A stretch of DNA of 64,000 bases from Azolla caroliniana (GCA_043228905.1 JBHGNT010000009.1:17794001-17858000); one strand, 5' to 3'. Shown: positions 1-11,452, counted from the first letter of the stretch. Translations and numbers: made by a program. Notes: generated by a model not told the origin, from the letters alone.

Positions 1-706
1 CACTTGTGCCCCTTTTGCTCCAATGAGTATCCTATGAGGATACATTTCTCCGACTTCGGATCAAGCTTTTGACGCTTCTCGACGGGGATTTGCATGTACG
101 CTATTGCGCCGAATATCTGGGTGTGCGATAAGTCCGGCTTCTTCCGAAAGTATTTTTCATGCGGAGTGACCTCGTGCATGCCGGATGTTGTGCACCGGTT
201 CATTAGGTAGACGACCGTATTTGCAGCTTCGGCCCAATAAGACTTGGGCATATGCTTCTCGTTTATCATGGCCCGCACTACTTCGAGGATGTGCCGATTT
301 TTGCGCTCGGCTACTCTGTTTTGTTGCGGAGTGTGTCGGAAGGTGAATTCTCGCCGAATTCCTTCCTTTCGGAGATACGTTGTCGTGAAGATTTTTGGCA
401 ATAGTGTGAAAATCCTATAAAACGTACGAAATCGAGTATAAATCACGTAGTACAATAATTGTGAAGATAACATTTTAAATAGATTTAATATCTAAGTACA
501 AAATGATGGAGGTTTCGAATGCACTTTATTACACGAGAAACGGACAACTAAATGTCAAGATATGAGGGTATAAAGTTTGTAAAAGGAAAGGAGAAAATTG
601 TGAGATATCCCACATAGGCATGACAAATATAGCTCTCATCATATATAAGGTGGAGCAAAAGATATTATCTTTGTGTCTATGTGTGGAGCATAGAGAGTTC
701 AAGGTA

Positions 707-980
707 ACTTGAACTAAGAGTGGAGGTGGGCTAGCTTGAACTAAGAGTGGAGGTGAACTTGAACTAAGAGTGGAGGGTTTTGGCCAACCAAAACTGGACC
801 GGCGATGGAGCCGGTGATCCGGCGGCAATCCGGCGGCGTCCGAATCCGATGGCAATCCGGTGACGGTGATCCGATGGCATCCGGCGAGGCACCGGTATCC
901 GGTAACCGACGGCATCCGGCGACGGCACCGGTAACCAACGACATCTGGCGACGGTATCCGGCGAACCGGCGTCCGGCGAA
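707..980. repeat. Short tandem repeats in the solo LTR (3x CTTGAACTAAGAGTGGAGG, then GC-rich ATCCGGCG-type repeats)
   Basis: Read directly from the sequence. Confidence 0.8.
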
Positions 981-1038
981 TAGATAAATAAATATATAAA
1001 TATATATACATATTTACATATACAAGGAGGGAAAGTAA

Positions 1039-1092
1039 GGATTCGAACCTTGCACCTCCAAGTTAGGAGTCAATTGGCTTACCATTAAGCCA
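1039..1092 (-). promoter_or_regulatory. tRNA-like Pol III type-2 promoter (A-box TGGCTTAATGG, 32 nt, B-box GGTTCGAATCC) inside the solo LTR
   Basis: Consensus B-box, A-box inside a GCTT/AAGC D-stem-like hairpin, tRNA-like spacing; a homologous module lies at 33144-33197. Confidence 0.6.
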
Positions 1093-3560
1093 TGCTATTT
1101 AGTTGAAATTATATTTCTATCATTGTACTTTTACATGTAAATTCTCATACATGAGAACTAAAATGAGTGACATGGTTATCATGCACCACATGTAATACAT
1201 AAGCGCCAAATGGCAAACATGCAATTTATGCATGTCTTGTACCCTCACATGCATCATATGCATGAGAGCATCTATAAAAGAGGGAAGGGGGAGGAGAAAA
1301 AACACGGGTTTTTTTTTATTATGAAATTAAGAAGAAGAAATTCGTTATCAAATTGATGGTGTAACTTGTTTCTTAAATCCAAAGATAAAAAGTTCAATCG
1401 ATCTTTCTTAATCGTTTAATCTCAACTTCTCTCTTTCCCAATCTATCTTAAGCACTTTCTCGCCAAAGCTTGTATCGACTCTAAATATTTCTGGTCCAGA
1501 ACCCCGACGGTTCCGCCTCACGATCCGCGCGTAGTGATGGATCTTCACGACAACGCCTTGAAATCGTCTGAGAAGTACTCCTTGCCGCCATCCGATCGAA
1601 GGCATCGTACATGTCGGCCCGTGGCTTTCTCGACTTCATTCTTGAATTTTTGGAAGTGTCCGAACACTTCGCTCTTTTGCCGCATCGGGTAGATCCAATT
1701 GTGCCTAGAGAAGTCGTCGATGAAGGTCACGTACTATCGGCATCCGCCGAATGTCGCCGTTTGAGCCGGACCCCATACATCGGAATGAATTACGTCGAGT
1801 ACGCTTTTGCTCACGTTACGCTCCTTCGGAAATGGGTGCCGATGTTGCTTGCCGAATTGGCAAGTGGCAGGCACACCTTCAATCTCTTTCTCCGTGAATG
1901 TCGGGAGCCCGATGACGACTCCTTTCGATTGCATTGCCTTGAGCTTTTGGAGGTTGATATGGTCAATCCGCTTGTGCCATAACTCTATGTTGGAATCGGC
2001 TTTCATGCTTTTTGCGAACATGGCGGATTTCATCTCGTGTGAGTCGAGAATGAACATCCGGCGCTCTCTTCTTCCGCGCGCGATGATTCGGACCTCTTTT
2101 TCAATGAAGCACCCGTCTTGGTCAAATCGTACTTGCATCCCTTGCTCAACCACTTGGCCGACCGAGACCAAATTCTTCGTGATGGTGGGAACATGCAAGA
2201 CATTTTTAATGTATGTTTGCTTACCTCTTTCGCCGAACGGAACATTGCCGATGTGCCGAATCGGGTGCGTAGTGTCATCTCCGGTTTCGACATAACTGGG
2301 TCGCTCCGTCTCTCGAAGTTCGAGAAACCATTCTTTATGAGATGTCATATGTTTTGAGGCTCCAGAGTCAACAAACCATACATCCTCCGGATTGAGGGCA
2401 CTAGTTGAGGTAGAGGCCGACATAGAGTTTGCTCTATGTTTCATCATGAACATTTCGCCACGGTCGGAGTTGTGTGCGTACATTCCGCCACGATCTTCGT
2501 AGTTGGAGTTGTGCCCGTACATTTTGCTATACTCTTCGTAGTAGGAATTGTGTGCTTGTGGAAGCCGATTCACGCATCTTCTTTCGGCACTCTTCTTCGT
2601 GGTGGCGGAGCTTTCCGCAATATCCACATTCGGTTGCGTTTTGACGGCTAGGGCCAGAGTGGAAGCTCCCCCTTCTTGTGAAGGTTCCTCGTTGGCTTCC
2701 GTTTTGCGGCCGAAATTGGGAGTTCTTGTCGTAGGTCGGCCCTCGTCCACCTTGTCCTTTGTCGAATCAGCCTCTTGCTCGTCCGCGTCCTCTTCCTCCG
2801 TTCGAGTGCGTGTAGAGCATGTGGCATTCCGACTCATTGCTCCTTGTACGCACGTGGTTTTCTTCGACCAATAGCATTTATTGGAGCTCGAAGAAGGAGC
2901 TCGATTTCTCCCATGCTAGAACGGCGGTTCGCATTGCCCCGAACTGTGGTGCGAGGCCGCCGAGGCATATTTGCACCATCTCATCATCATCATCGATATT
3001 TACGCTTATCGAGCCGAGTGAGTCACAAAGCTCCTTGATCTTTGAGGTGTATGTCGTGATGGACACGTCCCTTTGTTGAATATTGTTCAACTCTTGGCGG
3101 AGTTGACGCCTTCTTGCGGTTGTGTTCGTCGCGAAAATCTTTCGTAGATTTTCCCATGCCTCCTTCTGTGCCTTGGCTTCGCGAATGTAGCCGAGCATGT
3201 GATCGTGAACACATGTTGCCAAGAAATACATCACGTGCCTTGTGGCTTGCGGCTTGCTCCCATGTTGCGTATCCGGGAGCCGCTTCGTGCTCTCCTTTGA
3301 TGTAGCTCCAATAGCCTTGTCCGACAAGGTATTGGTGCATCTTGTACTCCCAAGATGCGAAGCTGTTTTGATTCAACTTCTCGGTAGGGAGAGCGCTCCC
3401 CATTTGAGTATTCATTATGTTGATTCTTCTTCTTCTTCTCTTCTCGAATGCGAGCTATGTAGCGCGGCTATGATAGCGATGAGCCGGTTCTTGGTCGTTG
3501 GCGTAGAGAACAACACACGATCACCATGAGGCAAATGGACTAGATTGAGCTACCAAATCA

Positions 3561-3571
3561 CTCTGATACCA
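3561..3571 (-). promoter_or_regulatory. Primer binding site (tRNA-Met-i)
   Basis: TGGTATCAGAG on the minus strand directly after the LTR. Confidence 0.92.
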
Positions 3572-3949
3572 TGTAAAGAATCAAGAGATGGATTCTGTGC
3601 AGCGGAATAGATATGAACTATGTGTGTGTATGAGAGAGAGAGAGAGTGAGTGAGACACAGAGAATACGTAAGGTCAAAATATATTAACAAAGGAGAAAGA
3701 CTCAACATTTTACAAGGTGGGAGGAGGGTGCTTCATATAGTCACCCTCTCTCTTCATTAACTACAAGACTCATGGAGCATGGGGAATATGAAAGCTCAGA
3801 AGTTATGTGTCCTAGAATATGATTCTATGACTCATACTAAATGCTAGAATACAAAGTGGTGACTTAATGGTGACTCTTGACTGTTGGAGTGTCTATTCAC
3901 TCTACAAGTGACTTCACACACTAGACCAAGTTAAGCTTGATTCTAAACA
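3572..3949 (-). repeat. Copia 5' LTR with (GT)n/(GA)n tract
   Basis: TGTAAAG..CTAAACA on the + strand, adjacent to the PBS. Confidence 0.85.
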
Positions 3950-4055
3950 ACGTCCAAGAATACCATAACAATATTTATACTATTTATTTTCTAACGTATC
4001 TATCAAATTGGATAACTAACAAGTGACAGGGAATATCGGGTTTATATTTTGTTAT

Positions 4056-4129
4056 GCATCGGTGGTGGTCTAGTGGTAGAATAGTACCCTACCACGATAC
4101 AGACCCAGGTTTGATTCCCGGCCAATGCA
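4056..4129 (+). pseudogene. Degenerate tRNA-Gly (GCC-type, anticodon mutated to ACC)
   Basis: 3-nt insertion near the 5' end, several stem and B-box substitutions. Confidence 0.8.
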
Positions 4130-4425
4130 CTGACCAAACTTTGCGAACCATTTTTTGAGAATGTATCCCTTCATGTAATATGTGATGTAAATATTCAATA
4201 TGATATGTCTCCACTATCTTTAAAGCCCAGAACTGCTAGATTAGTTATTTGGTTCTCTCTCCTTATGCTAATGTAATTTCTGTTATACTCGTGATTTCAC
4301 TACAATAATAATATTCTAACAAAGCCCAACGTAGCATGGAGATTATTGAGCAATAGTTACGATAGCCATTTCTAAAAGCATAAATCAATAAAAGAAAATT
4401 AGCATGGTCTAATCACATGTTACAT

Positions 4426-4486
4426 GCATGGGTAGTTTAGTGGTAGAATAATACCCTCCCACCGTACAGACTCAGGTTCAATTCCC
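4426..4486 (+). pseudogene. 3'-truncated tRNA-Gly(CCC)
   Basis: Deletion from the T-arm (ATTCCC) to the downstream spacer TTCCCTCA. Confidence 0.8.
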
Positions 4487-4892
4487 TCACATACGATGTG
4501 AGAATACGTTCCACATCAAGAATCTTAAAAGACATTAAAGTTTGCTGCAACGAAGAGAACTAACTCAAGGAATATATGCACATATAACGTCGTAGTTAAT
4601 TCTCCCTCCCACCGTACAGACTCAGGTTCAATTCCCTCACATACGATGTGAGAGTACGTTCCACATACAGAATCTTAAAAGACATTAAAGTTTGCTGCAA
4701 CGAAGAGAACTAATTCAAGGAATATATGCACATATAACGTCGTAGTTAATTCTGAGGACGTATTTTGTTTCCTCCTAAATTCATTTGCGTCCAGGAGTAA
4801 CACAACAATATTTAAACTATTTATTTTCTAACGTAAATATCAAATTGAATACCTGCGAAGTGACAAGGAATATCGGGCTTCTTTCTCCTTAT

Positions 4893-4963
4893 GCATTGGT
4901 GGTCTAGTGGTAGACTAGTACCTTGCCACGGTACAGACCCGGCTTCGATTCCCGGACAATGCA
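4893..4963 (+). pseudogene. tRNA-Gly(GCC), several substitutions
   Basis: 71 nt, mismatches in the T-stem and acceptor stem. Confidence 0.7.
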
Positions 4964-5262
4964 TTGACCAAACTTTGCGAACCATTTTTCAGAATAAGAA
5001 TCCCTTCATGTAATATGTGATGTAAATATTGAATATGATAAGTCTCCACTATCTTTAAAGACCATAACTGCTAAATTAGCTATATGGTTCTCGCTTCTTG
5101 TGCGAAAATAATATATGTTATGATCGTGATTTCTCTACAATAACAATATTCTAACAAAGGCCAACGTAAGATGGTAATTATTGAGCAATACTTAGCATTG
5201 CTATTTCGAATACCATAGACTCAATCAAAAGAAAATTAACATGGTTTTCTTGCATGTTGCAT

Positions 5263-5333
5263 GCATTGGTAGTTTAGTGGTAGAATAGTACACTCCCATG
5301 GTACTAACTCGGGTTCAATTCCTGGCCAATGCA
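5263..5333 (+). pseudogene. tRNA-Gly(CCC), degenerate
   Basis: 71 nt, anticodon-arm substitutions. Confidence 0.7.
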
Positions 5334-5613
5334 ATGATGAAAACAAGGTTATTCAATCTTGGGAGAGAAATTTCCCTCAGGTACGGTGTGAGACCATGTT
5401 CGACATCAAGAATCGTAAATGACCTTAAATTTTGCTGTACCGACGAGAAATAATGTTAATGACAAACTTACTTCTGAGGACGTATTTTGTTTCCTTCTCA
5501 ATTTATTTGCGTCCAACAATACCACAATAATATTGAAACCATTTATTTTGAACGTATATATCAAATTAGATTCCTGAGGAGTGATAGGGAATATCGGGTT
5601 TATATTTCATTAT

Positions 5614-5684
5614 GCATTGGTGGTCTAGTGGTAGAATAGTACCCTGCCACGGTACAGACCCGGGTTTGATTCCCGGCTAATGCA
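5614..5684 (+). tRNA. tRNA-Gly(GCC), B-box variant (TTTGATT), possibly inactive
   Basis: Two differences from the array consensus. Confidence 0.6.
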
Positions 5685-5982
5685 CTGAGCAAGCTTTCGG
5701 AACCAATTCTTGACAATAGCAATCCCTTTATGTAATATGTGATGTAAATATTGAATATGATAAGTCTCCACTATCATTAAACACCATACGCGCTAAATTA
5801 GCTATACGGTTCTACCTACTTGTGCCAAACTAATTTCTGTTATAATCGGGATATCTCTAAAATAACAATATTCTAACAAAAGCCAACTTAAGCTGGTAAT
5901 TATTGAGCAATACTTAGCATTTCTATTTCGAATACCACAGACTCAATAAAGAAAATTAACATGGTCTTATCGCATGTTGCAT

Positions 5983-6053
5983 GCATTGGTAGTTTAGTGG
6001 TAGAATAGTACCCTCCCACGGTACAGAGTCGGGTTCGATTCCTGGCCAATGCA
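5983..6053 (+). tRNA. tRNA-Gly(CCC) variant
   Basis: Cloverleaf retained, B-box GGTTCGATTCC. Confidence 0.65.
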
Positions 6054-6344
6054 ATGATGAAAACATGGTTATTCAATCTTGGGAGAGAAATTTCCCTCAG
6101 ATATGATGTGGGACCATGTTCGACATCAAGAATCTTAAATGACCTTAAATTTTGCTGTAATGACCAGAAATAATTTCAAGGAGAAATAAGGTTGTACTTA
6201 CTTCTGAGGACGTATTTTGTTTCCTTCTAAATTTATCGGCGTCCAACAATACCACAATCATATTGAAACTATTTATTTTCTAACGTATATATCAAATTGG
6301 ATATTTGAGAAGTGATAGGAAATATCGGGTTTATATTTCGTTAT

Positions 6345-6383
6345 GCATTGGTGGTATAGTGGTAGAGTAGTACCCTGCCACGG
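6345..6383 (+). pseudogene. 5' half of a tRNA-Gly(GCC) split by a copia insertion
   Basis: GCATTGG..CTGCCACGG, then AATT and the LTR start. Confidence 0.9.
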
Positions 6384-6387
6384 AATT

Positions 6388-6781
6388 TGTTGGGAGACAG
6401 GTCACTCCGGATGAGGAGTACCCGGCTACGGAGAGCCGAATGATACAGACCCGGTGAAGACCGGATGAGTACCCGGCTACGGAGAGCCGGATGATACAGA
6501 CCCGGTGAAGACCGGATGAGGAGTACCCGGCCACGGAGAGCCGGATGATACAGACCCAGTGAAGACCGGATGAGGAGTACCCGGTTACGGAGAACCGGAT
6601 GGTACAGACCCGGTGAGAACCGGACGAAGAGACATATTCGTAAATATGTTTCTGAGAGCCATCGAGGCTATATTTGTAAATAGCCTAAAAGTCATATTAG
6701 TATAAATATGACTTAGGGCAAACTTTGAGTGTTTGTTGTCATTCTTGTTGGGAAAAAGAATAGAGAGAGCGCGTAACTGTG

Positions 6782-6818
<37 letters not shown>

Positions 6819-7090
6819 GTCGTTGCCTCTGTTGTAACCGCCGCTTGTGGCGAAGATCTGTGAGCACGAGGTCGTTGCCTCAGTGAACTCACTATTGTAC
6901 ATTCTTACATAGTGACAGTTTGCAGCCTGTGGGCTGCCGTGGTATTTCCCCTAGTTTGGGGTTTTCCACGTAAACCTCCTGTGTATCTTCCTCTTCTTTG
7001 TGTTGTGTTTTATTTCCTGTTTTTTCTATGTATCATTCTAAGCTCGGTTGTGGCCGAGCGTTGCGCATAAGGAGCCTTGTGTTCTCGTCA
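6388..7090 (+). repeat. Copia 5' LTR with four 54-bp tandem repeats and an (AG)n tract
   Basis: TGTTGGGAG..CGTCA; its first part matches 11149-11429. Confidence 0.92.
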
Positions 7091-7092
7091 AT

Positions 7093-7103
7093 TGGTATCA
7101 GAG
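7093..7103 (+). promoter_or_regulatory. Primer binding site (tRNA-Met-i)
   Basis: TGGTATCAGAG 2 nt after the LTR. Confidence 0.93.
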
Positions 7104-7120
7104 TGAAACAACACAGAAAT

Positions 7121-10100
7121 ATGGATGAATCGTTTGGGGGCATGTTCAAGCTCACCGGCTCCAACTATTCGGTATGGAGGTCGAAGATGAGGGACATGCT
7201 CGTGGTTAAAGACCTCTGGCTGCCGGTTCAGTTCGGGGACAAGAGACCGGATAAAATCGACGCCGCGATATGGGAGGTGATGCACATGAAGACAACGGCG
7301 TACATACGGTGCTTCATCGACATGAGCCTGTACAACAACTTCAATGAAGAGAGCAAGGCTCATGAGCTCTGGGAGAAGATCGACATAATGTTTCAGAACA
7401 AAAATGCTGTTAATCAGGTGTCGGTATTCCGGAAGCTAGTAAGACTCCGGTACCAAGATGGCTCCAGCATGGCGGAGCACATGAATGCCTTCCAGGGGCT
7501 GATCCACCAGGCAACTTCATTGGAAGTACCTCTCGCCGATGAGGTACTTGTGCTACTCCTGCTCGGTTCCCTCCCAGACAGCTGGGAGATGTTGGTTGTC
7601 ACTTTGGGCAACGCCGGTCCGAAAGGAAAGCGGTTATCCCTAGCAAGAGTGAAGTCGAGCCTGCTAGATGAGGAGGCGCGTCGAAAAGATAAAGATACGA
7701 GCTCCGACTCCAAAGCGCTCCTTACCGAATCGGAACGCGGAAGACATAGAAACCGTAGTTCCCAGAACCGGGAGAAGTCGGGGACACGGTCAAAGTCAAG
7801 GGGGAGGCCCACTTGCTTCTATTGCGGCAAGCTGGGACACTTCCAAAAGAACTGTCGGCATTTCCGAAAAGATAAGGAGACCGACGGTACCGATTTGAAG
7901 CGGACCCTGGACCAGAACGATAAAGACCGGAGGGGGCCGACGGCAATCGCGGCAAGTGAAGAAGAGTTGATGCTCATCACCGAGGAGAGTGAGATAAACC
8001 TTGCCGGCGACGAGATGACCTGGGTGGTAGACTCCGGAGCGTCATTCCACCTTACCCCGAACCGGAAATGCTTCTCATCCTACTCAGCTGGTGATCACGG
8101 CTGTGTCCGGATGGGGAATGAAGGGACATGCCGAATTGTTGGCATAGGAGACGTGTGGCTGTCGACACCAACCGGATGCATGTTGCTACTGAAGGATGTA
8201 CGACACGTTCTGGAGGTTTGACTGAACCTGATATCAACCGGTCGGCTAGATGAAGAAGGCTACACGGGTAGCATCCGGAACGGTGTCATGAAGTTCAGCA
8301 AAGGGAGCCTGATTGTGGCTCGGGCCCGGAAGGTAAACACACTGTACCTGATGAATGCCCGGTTATGTCCGGAAGAAGTGAACGTGGCATCCAACACTGC
8401 CGGTGAGCTGTGGCACAAGAGGCTGTGTCATATGAGCGAGAAGGGGATGAAGAGGCTTGTAGACGACAACCTCATTCCAGTGAAGAACGTGCACTTAGAG
8501 AAGTGCACTGATTGTCTGGCCAGTAAGCAAAACCGGACCTCCTTTCGACCAAGACCACCGATGAGACGTAATGCACCACTGGAGTTGGTGCATACGGACG
8601 TGTGTTAGGTGGACACGAAGTCACATGCCGGAGCGCAGTACTTCGTGACTTTCATAGATGACCACAGCCGGAAGCTGTGGGCCACACCGTTGAAGACGAA
8701 GAATCAGGTGTTATCCGTCTTCAAAGAGCTCCACGCGAGAGTGGAAAGAGAAACCGGCCGGAAGCTGAAGGCGGTTCGAGTAGATAACGGAGGAGAATAC
8801 CGGGGGCAGTTCGAGGAGTACTGTCGCTCGAAGGGAATCCGGCTCGAATTTACCGTGCCGAAGACGCCGGAAGTAAACGGACTGGCCGAGAGGATGAACC
8901 GGACCATAATGGAGAGGGTCCGGAGTATGCTAGCGCATGCAAAACTACCCAAGTAGTTTTGGGCTGAGGCACTGTCGACGGCGACATATGTGATAAATAG
9001 ATCACCCTCAGTACCCTTGGACGGAGACATGCCACAGAGAGTGTGGACCGGTAAGGAAGTATCCTACCGGCATCTGAAGGTGTTCGGGTGTCTCGCGTAC
9101 GTGCATGTAGCTAAGGACCGGAGAGGTAAGTTAGATCCAAAGACCCGACCATGCATATTCCTCGGTTACGGTGACGATGAGTTCGGTTACCGAGTGTGGG
9201 ACCTGGTCGACAAGAAGGTATTCCGGAGTCGAGATATTATCTTCATGGAGAACAAGACGCTCGCCGACTAGGAGTCGGAGAAGAAGATAATGAACTCCGA
9301 GTCGACCGGTAAGGATCGACTCTACGATGAGCAGGCCCAACCGGCAAGAGACCGAACCAGCCGGTTACGGTGAGGATACCGAACCGGTAGAAGAAGAAGT
9401 AGAGGAAGCTGAAACCGGAACCGGCCGAGACCCCGAATCGGATTCGGATGAAGAGCAGATGGATGAGCCGGTCACCGAAGCCCAGAGACGGAGATATCCT
9501 CTCAAAGAGAGAAGGGCCCCCCGGAGATTTCCGGATGCAGAGCATGTTCTGCTGACCGATGAGGGGGAGCCGGAAAGCTTCGAAGAAGCTAAGGATGACA
9601 CCCACAACCAAAAATGGTTAAGTGCCATGCAGGATGAGATGGATTCCCTGCATGAGAACCATACGTACGAATTGGTGGAGTTGCCGAAAGGAAAGCAGGC
9701 ACTCCGAAACAAGTGGGTGTACAAGCAGAAACCGGGAGATGCCGGCAACCCCCCGAGATACAAAGCCAGGATCGTGGCGAAGGGGTTCTAGCAGAAGAAG
9801 GGCGTGGACTTCGACGAGATATTTGCCCCGGTAGTAAAGATGACCTCCATCCGGACGGTGCTGAGTATAGCGGCAAGCATGGACCTCGAGGTAGAGCAGC
9901 TAGACGTGAAGACGGCATTCCTTCACGACAACCTCAAAGAGGAGATCTACATGCAGCAACCGGAAGGATTTGTGGAGAAAGGGAAGGAGCACCTGGTATG
10001 CCGGCTGAAGAAGAGCCTGTACGGACTAAAGCAGGCTCCCCGACAATGGTACCGGAAGTTCGACTCCTTCATGACCGATCAAGGGTACCACAAGACGTAG

Positions 10101-11138
10101 GCCGATCACTGCGTGTTTGTGAAGAAGTTTGAAGGAGGCGACTTCTTGATACTCCTTCTGTACGTGGATGGCATGTTGATCGTCGAACGTGACCAAGTCA
10201 AAATACGGATGCTGAAGAAGGCTCTCAACCGGACCTTCTCAATGAAAGACTTGGGTCCGGCAAGACAGATGCTGGGGATGCACATCATCCAGAACCGGTC
10301 AGCGAAGCAATTATGGCTGTCATAGGAGAAGTATGTGACAAAGGTGCTTCACCGGTTCAACATGTCAGAAGCAAAACCGGTCGGATCGACACTTCAGGCA
10401 AACTGCAGGCTATCCGGCAAGCAAAGCCCGAAGATGAAAGCAGAGAAGGCGAATATGATGAAGATTCCATATGCCTCTACTGTCGAGAGCTTGATGTACG
10501 CAATGGTTTGTACTCGACCGGATATAGGATACGCAGTCGGAGTGGTGAGCCGGTTTATGAGCAATCCCGGGAAGGAGCACTGGAACGCGGTCAAATGGAT
10601 ACTCCGGTATTTGAAGGGCACTTCAAATATGTGTCTCCGATTCGGCTCCGGAAAACCTCAACTCGACGACTTTACCGATTGGGACATGTCGGCTGATATG
10701 GATACCAGCCGGTCTACATCCGAGTATGTAATGACATATGCAGGGGGAGCTGTTTCGTGGCAATCTAGGCTGTAGAAGACGGTTGCATTGTCAACCACGG
10801 AGGCGGAGTACATGGCGGCTGTGGAAGCCGGCAAGGAAATATTATGGATGAAGGACTTCATCGGAGAGCTCGGTACCCGGCAAGAGGAATACCGACTCTA
10901 TTGCGACAGTCAAAGTGCCATCCACCTTGCTAAGAATGCGGCCTACCATTCCCGGATGAAGCATATCCAGCAGGGGTATCACTGGATCCGGGAAAGAGTA
11001 GATGACCAGGAGTTCGCACTTACGAAGATCCACACGGCCGAGAACGGGTCAGATATGTTGACTAAAGTGCTGACACCCGACAAGCTGGACGCATGCCGGA
11101 AGAGGGTCGGACTGGTAAGACACCCCATGCCGGAGTGA
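7121..11138 (+). pseudogene. Copia gag-pol polyprotein pseudogene (about 8 in-frame stops, one frameshift near 9300)
   Basis: ORF pieces 6998-9271 share one frame and 9327-11138 share another; domain order gag-PR-IN-RT-RH. Confidence 0.93.
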
Positions 11139-11148
11139 AGGGGGAGTT

Positions 11149-11429
11149 TGTTGGGAGACAGGTCCCTCCGGATGAGGAGTACCCGGCTACGGAGAGTCGG
11201 ATGATACAGACTCGGTGAAGACCGGATGAGGAGTACCCGGCTACGGAGAGCCGGATGATACAGACCCGGTGAAGACCGGATGAGGAGTACCCGGCTACGG
11301 AGAGCAGGATGATACAGACCCGGTGAAGACCGAATGAGGAGTACCCGACTACAGAGAGCCGGATGATACAGACCCGGTGAAGACCGGATCAGGAGTACCC
11401 GGTTACGGAGAACCGGATGGTACAGACCC
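11149..11429 (+). repeat. Truncated copia 3' LTR (five 54-bp repeats) fused to a tRNA 3' half
   Basis: Ends at GGTACAGACCC, which is shared with the tRNA; no CA terminus and no TSD. Confidence 0.9.
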
Positions 11430-11452
11430 AGCTTCGATTCCCAGCCAATGAA
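11421..11452 (+). pseudogene. 3' half of the split tRNA-Gly(GCC)
   Basis: TACAGACCCAGCTTCGATTCCCAGCCAATGAA followed by the GCC-type downstream flank. Confidence 0.85.

Larger units (their letters stand above)
381..1552 (+). mobile_element. Solo LTR (1172 bp) of a gypsy-type element inserted in the copia integrase
   Basis: Perfect 12-bp terminal inverted repeat TGTCGTGAAGAT..ATCTTCACGACA and 4-bp TSD ACGT/ACGC. Removing it rejoins the integrase sequence EYFSDDFKAYLRKEG. Termini match the elements at 32539 and 61483. TATA-like CTATAAAAG near 1272. Confidence 0.85.
1..3415 (-). pseudogene. Copia gag-pol pseudogene (frameshifts, stops, nested insertion)
   Basis: ORF pieces 3023-3415, 2878-3327, 1734-2837 and 1545-1730; integrase sequence continues at 1-380. 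Confidence 0.9.
1..3949 (-). mobile_element. Decayed Ty1/copia LTR retrotransposon (5' LTR, PBS, gag, protease, GAG-pre-integrase, integrase), cut by the window start and interrupted by a solo LTR at 381-1552
   Basis: 5' LTR 3572-3949 (TG..CA) and Met-i PBS 3561-3571. ORF fragments with copia motifs: WFVDSGASKHM (protease), LWHKRIDH..C.FGKQHR, HSDVWGP, FIDDFSR, LRSDGGKEY. The right end abuts array spacer sequence. Confidence 0.93.
6388..11429 (+). mobile_element. Ty1/copia LTR retrotransposon with complete internal domain and truncated 3' LTR, lying inside a tRNA-Gly gene
   Basis: 5' LTR 6388-7090, PBS 7093-7103, gag with CFYCGKLGHFQKNC knuckle, WVVDSGASFH protease, integrase, RT (LYVDGM), RNase H, PPT 11137-11146, 3' LTR from 11149. 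Confidence 0.95.

Noticed and set aside
529-1011. 160-aa minus-strand ORF and overlapping ORFs in the solo LTR
   Set aside because: They arise from GC-rich tandem repeats that lack stop codons.
381-1552. DNA transposon or MITE, suggested by the 12-bp terminal inverted repeat
   Set aside because: The TGTCGT..ACGACA ends, 4-bp TSD and a shared internal module match the LTRs of the Trp-primed elements, so a solo LTR fits better.
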